DNA of 64,000 bases from the NCBI GenBank assembly GCA_963803435.1, contig CAWDML010000001.1, positions 2,976,001-3,040,000 of the forward strand. Reading direction: 5' to 3'. The position numbers and the translations under genes are program-made. Positions 17,656 through 27,523 of the stretch are shown piece after piece (within the stretch, counting starts at the first letter, position 1; each line of letters begins with the position of its first letter). Under the pieces are notes generated by a model. That model saw only the letters and a list, made by a program, of their open reading frames with translations, made no database searches and was not told the origin of the DNA. The stretch is from an uncultured delta proteobacterium (GTDB taxonomy: Bacteria; Myxococcota; Kuafuiibacteriia; Kuafuiibacteriales; Kuafuiibacteriaceae).

Positions 17656-18775
17656 CCAGCACCTCCATCACGGCGGCGGCGGCGCGCTCGGCGGCGCCGG
17701 CCTCACCGAGGAGCGCCCGGACCTCGCGGGTGGCGGCGATCGCGCGATCCCGAGCTTCGCCCTCGACGAGGAGGACCTCCGCCTGCGCCGCCAGGTTCTC
17801 TGGCGTCAAGTCGTCTTGCAGGAGCTCGGGCGCGACCTGGCGGCCGGCGATGATGTTGGGAAGCCCCAGGTGGCGGAGCTTCGTCATCCACTTCGCGATC
17901 CAGAACGTGATCGCATGGACCCGGTAGACGATGATCTGAGGACGACCGAGCAGCGCGGTCTCCAGGGTGGCGGTGCCCGAGGCGACGATCGCGAGTCGGG
18001 AGACCGCCACGGCGTGGCGGCGCGCGGCGGCATCGCCCTCGATCGTGCGGATGCGAGCGCCAAAGGGGTGAGCGGCGATCCGCGCGCGCAGCGAGGCGAC
18101 GTCGACGCCCGGGGCGATGGGGAGGACGCAGCCGTCGAGGAGGCCGCGCGCGGCGAGCTGCGCGGCGGCGTCGAGCATGACCGGGAGGTGGCGATCGATC
18201 TCGGAGCGGCGGCTGCCGGGGAGCAACGCAATGGTTTTCGAGGCGGGCCCCCCCGAGAGATCCTCCTCGATCGGGGGCACCTGGTCGAGGAGCGGATGAC
18301 CGACGCAGATCGCGTCGACGCCCGCCTCGCTCCAGACGCGGGTCTCGAACGGGAAGAGGACCAGCAGCCGATCGATCGCGTTTCGGAAGGTCCGTACCCG
18401 CCCGCGCCGCCAGGCCCAGACCGAAGGGCCCACGTAGAACACGACCGGAATGCCAGCGCGGCGAAGAACCTGGGCGAGGCGGAGGTTGAAATCCGGTACG
18501 TCGATCAAGACCGCCAGGTCCGGCTTCGCCTCGAGGGCGATCGCGGCGAGCTCCGCCTTCAACCGGAACAGCCGCGGCAGGTGACGGATCACCTCGACCA
18601 GGCCGACCACACCGACCTCGCCGGCGTCCTTGAGCTTGCGAAAGCCCTCGGCCTCCATGGCGGCGCCGCCCATCCCGAAGAGATCGATCTCGCCGGTCCG
18701 CGGGCGTAGGGCGCGGATCAGGGACGCCCCGAGCGCGTCTCCGCTGGCCTCGCCGGCGCTGATGAAGATCTTCAG
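17639..18775 (-). CDS. lpxB: Lipid-A-disaccharide synthase
   Basis: KIFISAGEASGD, IDVPDFN, SVWAWR, LLPGSRRSEI, SGTATLE, LPNIIAG. Start probably CTG at 18775. Confidence 0.95.
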   Translation of the reverse strand: MKIFISAGEASGDALGASLIRALRPRTGEIDLFGMGGAAMEAEGFRKLKDAGEVGVVGLVEVIRHLPRLFRLKAELAAIALEAKPDLAVLIDVPDFNLRLAQVLRRAGIPVVFYVGPSVWAWRRGRVRTFRNAIDRLLVLFPFETRVWSEAGVDAICVGHPLLDQVPPIEEDLSGGPASKTIALLPGSRRSEIDRHLPVMLDAAAQLAARGLLDGCVLPIAPGVDVASLRARIAAHPFGARIRTIEGDAAARRHAVAVSRLAIVASGTATLETALLGRPQIIVYRVHAITFWIAKWMTKLRHLGLPNIIAGRQVAPELLQDDLTPENLAAQAEVLLVEGEARDRAIAATREVRALLGEAGAAERAAAAVMEVLATARR

Positions 18776-19596
18776 CGACGCCGGGCCCGCGTCACGCCGC
18801 GCGTGCTCGCTCGAAGGAAGCGGCACAGGTGAGCGACCTCCGAGACCGCCTGCGCCGGCCCCTCCTCGAGCTCGGCGAGCGCCTCCGCGTAGCGTCCTCG
18901 CAGGAACAGCGCCTTGTAGGCCTCCTTGAGCGCACGCTTGGACGCGTCCGAGAAGCCGGCGCGATCGAGGCCGACCGTGTTCAGGCCGAAGAGCGCGGCC
19001 GGGTGACCGTCGGCCATCACGTACGGTGGGATGTCCATTTGCACCCGCGTCGACGCACCGGTGATCGCGCGCGTCCCGATCCGGACGAACTGATGGATCG
19101 TGGTGACCCCGCCCAGGATCGCGAAATCCTCCACCACGCAGTGCCCCGCAACCTGGGTTGCATTGGCCATGATTACCGAGTCGCCGATCCGGCAGTCGTG
19201 CGCGACGTGGCAGTAGGCCATGATCAAGCAATCCGCGCCGACCTCGGTGAGACCGCACCCCTCGCCGACGCTGCCGGGCTGGAGCGTCGCGCTCTCGCGG
19301 ATGACGGTGCGCGGACCGATGGTGAGCCGGGTCGGGGAACCGTCGTACTTCTTGTCCTGAGGCGCAAGCCCGACGCAGGCGTGCGGATACACCTCGCACC
19401 GATCGCCGAGCGTGGTGTGTCCGTCGAGGACCGTGTGGGAGTGGATGCGGGTGCCGTCGCCGATCCGCACGTGCTCGCCGACGATCGCGTAGGGGCCGAC
19501 ATCGACGCCGGCCCCGAGCTCTGCACGCTCGTGGACGATCGCGGTCGGGTGGACGCGCGTCTCGTGGAGCGGGATCGGTGCCTTCTCGCTGGTCAT
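18772..19596 (-). CDS. lpxA: UDP-N-acetylglucosamine acyltransferase
   Basis: VHPTAIV hexapeptide repeats, PQDKKY, HVAHDC, HQFVRIG, GLNTVGL. Confidence 0.96.
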   Translation of the reverse strand: MTSEKAPIPLHETRVHPTAIVHERAELGAGVDVGPYAIVGEHVRIGDGTRIHSHTVLDGHTTLGDRCEVYPHACVGLAPQDKKYDGSPTRLTIGPRTVIRESATLQPGSVGEGCGLTEVGADCLIMAYCHVAHDCRIGDSVIMANATQVAGHCVVEDFAILGGVTTIHQFVRIGTRAITGASTRVQMDIPPYVMADGHPAALFGLNTVGLDRAGFSDASKRALKEAYKALFLRGRYAEALAELEEGPAQAVSEVAHLCRFLRASTRGVTRARRR

Positions 19597-19597
19597 C

Positions 19598-20086
19598 TCA
19601 GCCGTACTTCGGCGGCGGCAGCCCCTCGGGCAGCGCCTTCTTCCCGGCGGCCGGGGCCGCCGTCGCGGTGATCAGCGCCTGCGACGCCAGCGCGCCGTCG
19701 ATCCAGACCTCACACTCGAGCTTCCACATGCCGAGGCGATGTCGAACCACGCGCGCCCGAAGATCCATGAGATCGCCGGGCACCACCGGGCGGCGGAAGC
19801 GGCAGTCGGTGATGCTGGTGACGTAGATGGCGCGACCTTCGCCGACGTCGGCGCCCGACAGGATCGCGAGCAGCGCGCCGGCCTGCCCCATGGCTTCGAT
19901 CTGGATGACGCCCGGCATCACCGGGTTGTTGGGGAAGTGGCCGTTGAAGAAGGCCTCGTTGCCGGTGACGCACTTCTTGGCGCGGATGTGGTCACCGAGC
20001 ACGACCTCGTCGACGCGATCCACGAAGAGAAAAGGGTAGCGGTGAGGCAGGTAGCCCTTGATCTGCTCCAGGTCGAGCGACGTCAT
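19598..20086 (-). CDS. fabZ: 3-hydroxyacyl-ACP dehydratase
   Basis: [38 protein letters not shown]. Confidence 0.96.
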   Translation of the reverse strand: MTSLDLEQIKGYLPHRYPFLFVDRVDEVVLGDHIRAKKCVTGNEAFFNGHFPNNPVMPGVIQIEAMGQAGALLAILSGADVGEGRAIYVTSITDCRFRRPVVPGDLMDLRARVVRHRLGMWKLECEVWIDGALASQALITATAAPAAGKKALPEGLPPPKYG

Positions 20087-21129
20087 CTCTCTTCCTTTGC
20101 CCCGAGGAGGCGCTCGAGCTTCTTCACGCGCTTGAACAGCGAGTCAAGCTTGCCGAGGAGAACGAGCGTACGGAAGTGTTCCTTCTGGGGCACCGCCGGC
20201 GAGCCCATCATCGACTCGCCGGCCGGCACCGACCGCATGATGCCCGACTGCCCGAGCACGCGAACCTCATCTCCCAGCTCGACGTGGCCGACGACGCCGG
20301 CCTGGGCGGCGAGGATCACGGATCGACCGAGCCGGCTCGAGCCCGCGATCCCGGACTGCGCCACCAGGATGCAGCGGGGACCGATCTGGACGTTGTGACC
20401 GACCTGAACCAGGTTGTCGATCTTCGTGCCCTCGCCGATCCGCGTGAGCCCGAGCGCGCCGCGATCGATACACGAGTTGGCGCCGATCTCCACGCAGTCC
20501 TCGATCTCGACGCTGCCCACCTGCGGGATCTTCACGTGCTCGCCCTGGTCCTCGGCGAAGCCGAAGCCGTCCGAGCCCACCACGACTCCGGGATGCAGGA
20601 TGCACTGCGCACCGACGCGACAGCCGTGTCGGACGACGACGTGGTTGTAGAGGATGGTCCCCGCCCCGATCGAAGCGTCGCCCTCGACGTGGGCGCCCGC
20701 GTGCAGGACCGCGCCCTCTCCAACCACTGCGCCCGGGCCCACGAACACGAACGGTCCGATCGAGACACCGGCGCCCAGCACCGCGCTCGGATCGATCGCC
20801 GCGGAGGCATGGACACCGTCCGGCTGCGGAGGCCGCTCGGCCAGGGCCTGGGACACGCGGGCGAAGGCGGCGTACGGCGTGGGGGTCGCGATCACCGCGA
20901 GGCGCTCGGGGAGCTGCACGCCGTCCAGCGCGCCTGGATCGATCAGCAGCGCTGAGGCTGCGGTGGTCTTCAGAAACGGGAGGTATTCGGGCTTCGCGAC
21001 GAACGTGATGGCACCTTCGCTCGCGGAGTCGGCCGGCGCGACGCGGGTGACGGTCGTCGACCCGTCGCCTCGGATCAGCTCTCCGCGCGCGATCTTCGCC
21101 AGCTCGGCGACTGTCCTTCCGCTGGACAT
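20083..21129 (-). CDS. lpxD: UDP-3-O-(3-hydroxyacyl)glucosamine N-acyltransferase
   Basis: [35 protein letters not shown]. Confidence 0.96.
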   Translation of the reverse strand: MSSGRTVAELAKIARGELIRGDGSTTVTRVAPADSASEGAITFVAKPEYLPFLKTTAASALLIDPGALDGVQLPERLAVIATPTPYAAFARVSQALAERPPQPDGVHASAAIDPSAVLGAGVSIGPFVFVGPGAVVGEGAVLHAGAHVEGDASIGAGTILYNHVVVRHGCRVGAQCILHPGVVVGSDGFGFAEDQGEHVKIPQVGSVEIEDCVEIGANSCIDRGALGLTRIGEGTKIDNLVQVGHNVQIGPRCILVAQSGIAGSSRLGRSVILAAQAGVVGHVELGDEVRVLGQSGIMRSVPAGESMMGSPAVPQKEHFRTLVLLGKLDSLFKRVKKLERLLGAKEER

Positions 21130-21136
21130 CCCACCG

Positions 21137-21697
21137 TCACTTGCCAGGTTTCTTGATGTCGAGCGGCTTGCCCTTGTAGCGCTTGCCGTACGTTTCGATG
21201 ATCTTCTGGGTGATGTCGATCTTCGCGTCGGCGTAGAGGACATTCGGCGTCTGCTCGGGTCCGACCTCGAACACGAACTCGTAGTCGCCGATCGTCGCGA
21301 CCTCGCGGACCACCAGCTCGACGCGCTCCAGCATGGCGTCGGTGATCCGCTTCTCCCAGTCGCCCAGCTCCTGCTGTTGGGTGAGGAACTGCTGCGTCAG
21401 GTCCTGCGCGTCCTTGAACAGCGCCTGCTCCTCCTGGAGTGTCGCGTTTGGATCGCTGACCGCCTTCTTGGCGTCGAGCTTCGCCTTGCGGTCGCGGAGC
21501 TCCTTCTGCTTGGCCTCGAGCGCGGCCTGGCGGGCCTTTCGATCCTTCTCGAGCTCGGCGACCGCGCTCTTCCAGTGGTCGGTCGAGTTCATGACCTTCT
21601 CCACGTTGACGACGGCAGTCTTGGGCATGCCCTCGTCAGCGAGAGCGGTCATTGGAACGACGGCGAGCAACAGCGCCAGAGAGAGCGCACGCATCAC
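21137..21697 (-). CDS. skp: OmpH/Skp periplasmic chaperone
   Basis: Signal peptide, AVVNVEKVM, long coiled coil, VLYAD..IDIT; directly upstream of lpxD. Confidence 0.85.
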   Translation of the reverse strand: MMRALSLALLLAVVPMTALADEGMPKTAVVNVEKVMNSTDHWKSAVAELEKDRKARQAALEAKQKELRDRKAKLDAKKAVSDPNATLQEEQALFKDAQDLTQQFLTQQQELGDWEKRITDAMLERVELVVREVATIGDYEFVFEVGPEQTPNVLYADAKIDITQKIIETYGKRYKGKPLDIKKPGK

Positions 21698-21824
21698 GGG
21701 TCCTCTAGAGGCCGGCGGGCAGACTGGTCAAGCTCGCTCTCCTCCAGAGACCTATACGACGACGCCCCCCGCGGCCGTCGAACGGTGACCGCGCTTACCC
21801 CTCGTGGGCTGGGACGCTGGATTT

Positions 21825-22968
21825 TCAGCCGTTCAAGAGGCTGCGGGCGATGACGAAGCGTTGGATCTCGCTGGTGCCCTCGTAGATCGTCGTGACGCGA
21901 ACGTCCCGGTAGTGCCGCTCGACGCCGAACTCGCGGGTGTAGCCGTAACCGCCGTGAATCTGGATGGCCTGGGCGCAGGCTCGGTTGGCGGCCTCGGTCG
22001 CGAACAGCTTCGCCATCGACGCCTCCCGCGTGAAGGGTTGATCGTGGTCCTTCAGCCAGGCCGCCCGCAGAATCATCAGACGGGCGGCGTCGAGCTCCAT
22101 CGCCATGTCGGCAATCTTCCACTGGATCGCCTGAAACTCACCGATCGGCTTGCCGAACTGGATCCGCTCGTTCGCGTACTTGGCGGAGGCCTCCAGCGCC
22201 GCCTGTCCGATCCCGAGCGCCTGCGATCCGACGCCGATCCGGCCGCCGTCGAGGGCGCGCATCGCCACCTTGAAGCCGATCCCCTCCTCGCCGAGCCGGT
22301 TCTCCACGGGGACCTCGACGTCCTCGAGCGTGATGGTCACAGTGCTCGAAGCCCGTAGGCCCATCTTCTCCTCGTGGCGTCCCACCGAGAACCCCTTCAT
22401 CGAGGGCTCGACCAGGAACGCGGAGATTCCGCGGGCACCCTTCTCCGGATCCGTCTTCGCCATCACCAGGAGCACGCCGGAGCGGTCGCCGCTCGTGATC
22501 CACGACTTCGATCCGTTGAGCACGTAACGATCCCCGCGCCGCACGGCGGTGGTCTTGAGCGCGGCGGCGTCCGATCCCGAGCCCGCCTCCGAGAGCGCGA
22601 AGGACCCGGCCAGCATCTCCGCCGCTGCCAGCTTGGGGATGTACCTCTGCTTCTGCGCCTCCGCGCCGAACGCGTTGATGGCGTCCGCGACCAGGTTCGT
22701 GACCGCCATGGTGACCGAGGTCGACGCGCATCCCTTGGCGACCTCGGTCATCGCGAGCGAGTAGCACACCGAGCCCAGCTCTGCGCCGCCGTATCGGTCG
22801 GGGACCATCATCGCCAGGAAGCCGTTCTCGGCCAGCGCCCGGATTCTGAGGCTCCGGGAAGCGCTCGCTCTTGTCGTACTCTGAGGCTTTCGGTCTCAGG
22901 ATCTCGTCCGCGATCCGGCGCGCCGAGTCTCGAACCAGCCGCTGCTCCTCGGAGAGCTCGAAGTCCAT
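21825..22968 (-). pseudogene. Acyl-CoA dehydrogenase with a +1 frameshift near 22844 (pseudogene or sequence error)
   Basis: The N-terminus MDFELSEEQ.. is in one frame and the rest (FALSEAGSGSD, GSKSWIT, GGYGY, IYEGTSEIQR) in another. Removing one A from CAG-AATC-CGG restores ..FPEPQIRALAENG.. Confidence 0.85.
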
Positions 22969-23010
22969 GTCGTCGCTCTACCACGGACGACGCGCTTGCG
23001 CGCGCCTTTC

Positions 23011-23026
23011 CGGCCTGCGGCTTGCA
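23011..23026 (+). promoter_or_regulatory. Candidate sigma-54 (-24/-12) promoter
   Basis: CGGCCTGCGGCTTGCA = GG-N10-GC with TTGCA. The implied TSS near 23037 lies just before GGAGGAG and ATG 23050. Confidence 0.45.
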
Positions 23027-23049
23027 CCAGCCTCACCCCGGAGGAGTCA

Positions 23050-23397
23050 ATGAAAACAGCACCCGCTCGCTACATCAACATCGTGCTCGGCATCTGGCTA
23101 TTCATCTCTGCGTTCGCTTGGCCGCACACGACCGCTCAATTCACGAACGAATGGGTGGTCGGATTGCTGGTCGTCGTCTGCGCCGGCGTCGCGCTGCGAG
23201 TCGACGCCGCCCGCTACGCCAACACCGTCCTCGCCGTATGGTTGTTCTTCTCGAATTGGATCCTTCACACGGAGGCCAGCGGCACCGCCTGGAACAACAT
23301 CATCGTCGCGATCGCGATCTTCGTCGCATCGCTGGCGGGGACCTCGAAGGTGATGACGACGCGGACTTCACCACCGGCCACGCCCCGTCCCGCATAG
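23050..23397 (+). CDS. SPW-repeat small membrane protein
   Basis: Two repeats N.VLG/A.WLF.S..; four short TMs; GGAGGAG RBS. Confidence 0.8.
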   Translation: MKTAPARYINIVLGIWLFISAFAWPHTTAQFTNEWVVGLLVVVCAGVALRVDAARYANTVLAVWLFFSNWILHTEASGTAWNNIIVAIAIFVASLAGTSKVMTTRTSPPATPRPA

Positions 23398-23483
23398 GCG
23401 CCACGGCCGCGAGAAAGTCGTGTCCGATCGCGGCGCAGGAACCGCTTGATCACCTGCCCGTCGGTGTGCGTTGAATTCCGGCG

Positions 23484-24650
23484 ATGGACCTCGCGCTGAC
23501 CGATCTGCAGCAGCAGATCAAGGACATGACCCAGGAGTTCGCGACCAAGGAGGTCCGCCCCCAGGCCGAGCAGATCGACAAGACGGGCCGCTTCCCCGAG
23601 GAGCTGGTGAAGCGGATGGCCGCTCTCGGCCTGATGGGCATGTGCGTCCCCGAGCAGTGGGGCGGCTCCGGCTTCGACACCATCTCCTACGCGATCGCGA
23701 TGGAGAACATCTCCTGGGGCTGCGCCTCCACCGGCGTGATCATGAGCGTCAACAACTCGCTGTACTGCGATCCGCTGCTCAAGCACGGCAACGACGGCCA
23801 GCGGAAGCGGTGGCTCGAGCCCTTCGCCACCGGCGAGAAGCTCGGCTGCTTCGGCCTCACCGAGCCGATGAGCGGCTCGGACGCCCAGCACATGGCGACC
23901 CGAGCAGAGAAGAAGGGCGACCGCTACGTGATCAGGGGCCAGAAGAACTTCATCACCAACGGTCCCAACGCCGACGCCATCGTCGTCTTCGCGGCCACCG
24001 ATCCGAGCAAGGGCTCTCGCGGCACCACCTGCTTCGTCATCCCGCGCACCGCCAAGGGCTACCTGATCGAGTCGCTCGACAAGAAGCTCGGCATCAAGGG
24101 CTCGCACTCCTGCACCATCAGCTTCGACGAGTGTGAAGTGCCCGAGGAGAACCGGCTCGGCGACGAGGGCGTCGGCTTCAAGATCGCGATGGGCACGCTC
24201 GACGGCGGGCGCATCGGCATCGCCGCCCAGGCCCTCGGGATCGCGCGGGCCGCCTTCGAGGCCGCCCGCGAGTGGTCGCTCGAGCGCAAGGCCTTCGGCG
24301 TACCGATCAGCCAGCACCAGGCGATCCAGTTCAAGCTGGCGGACATGGCCACCGAGATCGACGCCGCGCGCCTGCTGACCCTGCGCGCCGCCTACCTAAA
24401 GGACAAGGGCGTCCGGCACTCGCGCGAGTCGGCGATGGCCAAGCTGTACGCGAGCGAGGTCGCGATGCGCGTGACGACGCAGGCGATCCAGGTCTACGGC
24501 GGTTACGGATACATCACCGAGTACCCGGTCGAGCGCCACTTCCGCGACGCGAAGATCACCGAGATCTACGAGGGCACCTCGGAGATCCAGCGCATCGTAA
24601 TCTCCCAGAACGTGCTCAAGAACGGACCGTTTGGCGCGCTCGGTTATTAG
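23484..24650 (+). CDS. Acyl-CoA dehydrogenase (short/branched-chain type)
   Basis: FGLTEPMSGSD, GQKNFITNG, KLGIKGS, GGYGY, IYEGTSEIQR. Confidence 0.95.
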   Translation: MDLALTDLQQQIKDMTQEFATKEVRPQAEQIDKTGRFPEELVKRMAALGLMGMCVPEQWGGSGFDTISYAIAMENISWGCASTGVIMSVNNSLYCDPLLKHGNDGQRKRWLEPFATGEKLGCFGLTEPMSGSDAQHMATRAEKKGDRYVIRGQKNFITNGPNADAIVVFAATDPSKGSRGTTCFVIPRTAKGYLIESLDKKLGIKGSHSCTISFDECEVPEENRLGDEGVGFKIAMGTLDGGRIGIAAQALGIARAAFEAAREWSLERKAFGVPISQHQAIQFKLADMATEIDAARLLTLRAAYLKDKGVRHSRESAMAKLYASEVAMRVTTQAIQVYGGYGYITEYPVERHFRDAKITEIYEGTSEIQRIVISQNVLKNGPFGALGY

Positions 24651-25702
24651 CAAGGTGGCGCCAGCGGGATCTCGAAGTCGAAGTTGGCATCCGCAGACCG
24701 GTTGTAGCGGTCGAGCCAGGGCGAATAGGTCCGCACGCTCACCGCCAGCCGGTCGGTACCCACGCGACGGATCTTCTCCGTGAGCATCCAACCCTCCCCG
24801 CCGTGCTCCATCGTCTGAAAGTTCGCGAGCACCTGGTGGACGAGGTTGCCGTGGACGCCGGCGTCGGTGCGGTAGCCGTGGCAGCCCTCCTCCCGCGCGC
24901 GAGGTCCGGTGGTCACGTGACCGCTGGTGACCTTGTAGATGTTCGGGTGCAGCTTGATGAGCTTGTCCCAGATCTGCTCGCCATCGTTGCCTCCGCCCAG
25001 CTCGGGATACTCGGCCGGGTCTCCGTTGTCCTCGGGTCCCAGCCGGGTGTTGTCGCTGTACATGTAGCTGTGCGTGTTGATCTGCACGTGGCAGTCGGGG
25101 TGCTGTCGCACGACCTCGTTGGCCCAGGCGAGGACGTCGTCGGTGGGACCGAACGCCATGCTGATGACGAGGAACTTCGCGAACCCGGCGTCGACGAGGT
25201 GCCAGGTGTTCGAGCTGGTCTCGTCGAAGCTGCCCCCGAACGTCGGCATCGCGCGGAAGCGCTGGAGCGGGAAGGTGCTCTCCCACTCGACCATGTCGCG
25301 GCGGGCGCTCGGGGAGCCCGCGACGCCGTCGCCGGGGGCCATGTCGTGGTTGCCGGGGGCAACGGTGTACGGAACACCGCCGTCCTCGAGGATCTTCAGG
25401 GAGGCGTCAGCCTCGATCCACTGCTCACGCTTCTTGGGCTGGTTCACCACGTCGCCCTCGTGCACGACCAGCCGGATGTTGTCGGCGCGGGCCCGCTCTC
25501 GAATGTAGAGCGTCTGCGCGCGGAAGATCTCCGGGAAGCTCTCCGAGTAGTATTGAGTGTCCGGCAGGATCGCGAGGGTCACCGAGTCGCGCCCAGCGCC
25601 GAGCGAGGCGAGGATGAAGGGCCGCACGGCGAACGCGCCCGCCGCCGTCGCGGCAGCGCCCAGCAGGACGTTGCGCCGCGTCCAGGCGGGCGCACGCTCC
25701 AT
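24647..25702 (-). CDS. Tat-exported calcineurin-like metallophosphoesterase
   Basis: TRRNVLL Tat signal; PDTQ, HEGD, GNHD, THSY, SGH motifs. Confidence 0.88.
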   Translation of the reverse strand: MERAPAWTRRNVLLGAAATAAGAFAVRPFILASLGAGRDSVTLAILPDTQYYSESFPEIFRAQTLYIRERARADNIRLVVHEGDVVNQPKKREQWIEADASLKILEDGGVPYTVAPGNHDMAPGDGVAGSPSARRDMVEWESTFPLQRFRAMPTFGGSFDETSSNTWHLVDAGFAKFLVISMAFGPTDDVLAWANEVVRQHPDCHVQINTHSYMYSDNTRLGPEDNGDPAEYPELGGGNDGEQIWDKLIKLHPNIYKVTSGHVTTGPRAREEGCHGYRTDAGVHGNLVHQVLANFQTMEHGGEGWMLTEKIRRVGTDRLAVSVRTYSPWLDRYNRSADANFDFEIPLAPPC

Positions 25703-25950
25703 GCGATCTTCGGGGGACGACTTCCCGACGGACCGACCGCCCCACAGGCCGCGCCCCACGAGACGGTCGATCCGGCCGGCGAGCAGATCGATTCGAGCCA
25801 CGCCCGTTTATCGTGGGTTCGAGGCTCGAGTTGTCCCCGGCTGCGCGCTCGACCGATGCGCGGCACCTCCGTGTACATCGTTCGAACGGGCCGCTCGGAG
25901 CCCTTCTGCGCCGGAAGAGCGCGGGGACCCTCGTGTTACCAGGTCCCCAA

Positions 25951-26613
25951 TCAAAGCAGCAGATCGGGCTTCGCGGTGTTCGCGATCCGGTTTCTCAGGC
26001 GCTTCACCAGCTGAGCGAGCAGCACCAGCCCGAAGAACGAGAGCGCGGCCCCCCAGCCGAAGCGCGACAACGGGCTCTCCACCGTGGCGAGCACGAACAG
26101 CCCGCCACCGAGGAGGAGGCCGCTGCCGAACAGCGACAGCGTGTGCCCCCACAGACTCTCGATCGTGAAGCCGCGCTTGCACTGGCTGCACTCGTACACG
26201 TACTCGGTGCCCGTCGGGACACCGTTGTGCGTTCGCCGCGTGATCTTCGCGGCCGCGGCGGTGCCCCCGCAGCTCGCGCACGTCCGGAGCGGCGGACCGT
26301 CGCGATACCGGATCTGGGGAACTGGCGCATCGGGGACCACCGGGTTGGCGCCGTCCGCCCGAGACCGGCGCCAGGCGATCGCCAGAAGAACGACACCGAT
26401 GAAGATCGGGAGCGTCAGGACACCCGCAATCCAGAGGCCGATCAGCTTCCCGCGCGGATGGATCGTGAAGCGCGCGCCGCACGCCTGACACCGATAGTCG
26501 CGCGTCGACGAGCCGGTGGCCGCACCGAAGACGCTGTGCTTCCAGTCCGAGACGAGCACGACCGCAGAAGCTTCACACCGGCGGCATCGCCGGACCTCCG
26601 TCGAATGGACCAC
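25951..26613 (-). CDS. Membrane protein with two zinc-ribbon + TM modules
   Basis: CRRC..YRCQACG..F then TM; CASC..YECSQCK..F then two TMs. Confidence 0.7.
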   Translation of the reverse strand: MVHSTEVRRCRRCEASAVVLVSDWKHSVFGAATGSSTRDYRCQACGARFTIHPRGKLIGLWIAGVLTLPIFIGVVLLAIAWRRSRADGANPVVPDAPVPQIRYRDGPPLRTCASCGGTAAAAKITRRTHNGVPTGTEYVYECSQCKRGFTIESLWGHTLSLFGSGLLLGGGLFVLATVESPLSRFGWGAALSFFGLVLLAQLVKRLRNRIANTAKPDLLL

Positions 26614-26667
26614 GCGGCCTTCTATCGCGTTTTCGTCGCGCGCGAAGCTGCCGGGGTCACAACGTCC

Positions 26668-27501
26668 TCACGAAAGTGTGTCCTCGGCGACGACCGTCCA
26701 GTCCCGGTGGCCGTTCCCCTGGTCGATCGCCTCGTCCATGCGGGCCGCGATCGAAGGGAGCGCAGCGAGCTCGACGTTGGCGCGCGCCGCCTCTTCGAGC
26801 ATCAAGCGGGCGTCCTTCCTCGCCATGGCCAGCTCCCACGAGGGCTCGTCGAAGCGCCCGGCGATCATGCGCTGCATCCGCGCCGGCAGCGTGGTCCCGG
26901 GGTTGAAGTGCTCGAGCAGGGTCGCCGCCTCACGAGGTGGGACGCCGAGGGCCTTCGCCAGCGCGAGCATGTCCGCGAGACCGGCGTTGAGAAACATGAG
27001 CAGCAGGTTCCCGAGCAGCTTGAAGGACGCGGCCGCCTCCGGCCGCTCACCCAGATCGAGGAGCTTTCCCGTCATGGCCCCGAGCGCGTCCCGCACGGGA
27101 TCGATCCGTGCGCGATCTCCGGACACGAGCATCATGCCGGTGGACTCGAGCGCGTTCTGCGGCCCCATGAAGACGGGTGCGTGCACGAACGTCGGCCAGC
27201 GCTTGCTGCGCGCCAGCGCGCCGGTAGCGGAGGTGGTGGTGTGATCGACGATGATCACGCCCGGCGCGAGCTCCGCACGCTCGATCACGCGGTCGACGGC
27301 GTCGTCGTCCGAGAGGCTCAGGTGCACGCGAAGAACCCCGCGTGCAGCCTCGGCCGGATCGGAGAAGACCTTCGCACCGACCTCTTCGAGCGGGCGCGCC
27401 TTCTCCTCCGTCCGGTTCCAGACGCGCACGTCTTCACCGCGACGGCGCAGCGCCCGCACGAAGCCCGAACCGATCAAACCTGTTCCAAAGAAAGCGACCA
27501 T
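26668..27501 (-). CDS. NAD(P)-dependent beta-hydroxyacid dehydrogenase (3-hydroxyisobutyrate DH family)
   Basis: FFGTGLIG, VWNRT, HAPVFMG, FKLLGN, ARKD. Confidence 0.88.
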   Translation of the reverse strand: MVAFFGTGLIGSGFVRALRRRGEDVRVWNRTEEKARPLEEVGAKVFSDPAEAARGVLRVHLSLSDDDAVDRVIERAELAPGVIIVDHTTTSATGALARSKRWPTFVHAPVFMGPQNALESTGMMLVSGDRARIDPVRDALGAMTGKLLDLGERPEAAASFKLLGNLLLMFLNAGLADMLALAKALGVPPREAATLLEHFNPGTTLPARMQRMIAGRFDEPSWELAMARKDARLMLEEAARANVELAALPSIAARMDEAIDQGNGHRDWTVVAEDTLS

Positions 27502-27523
27502 GGAGGTCACTCTACGTTCGCCG

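Noticed and set aside
22835-22855. Programmed ribosomal frameshift in the acyl-CoA dehydrogenase
   Set aside because: No slippery sequence or stimulatory structure; a simple indel is more parsimonious.
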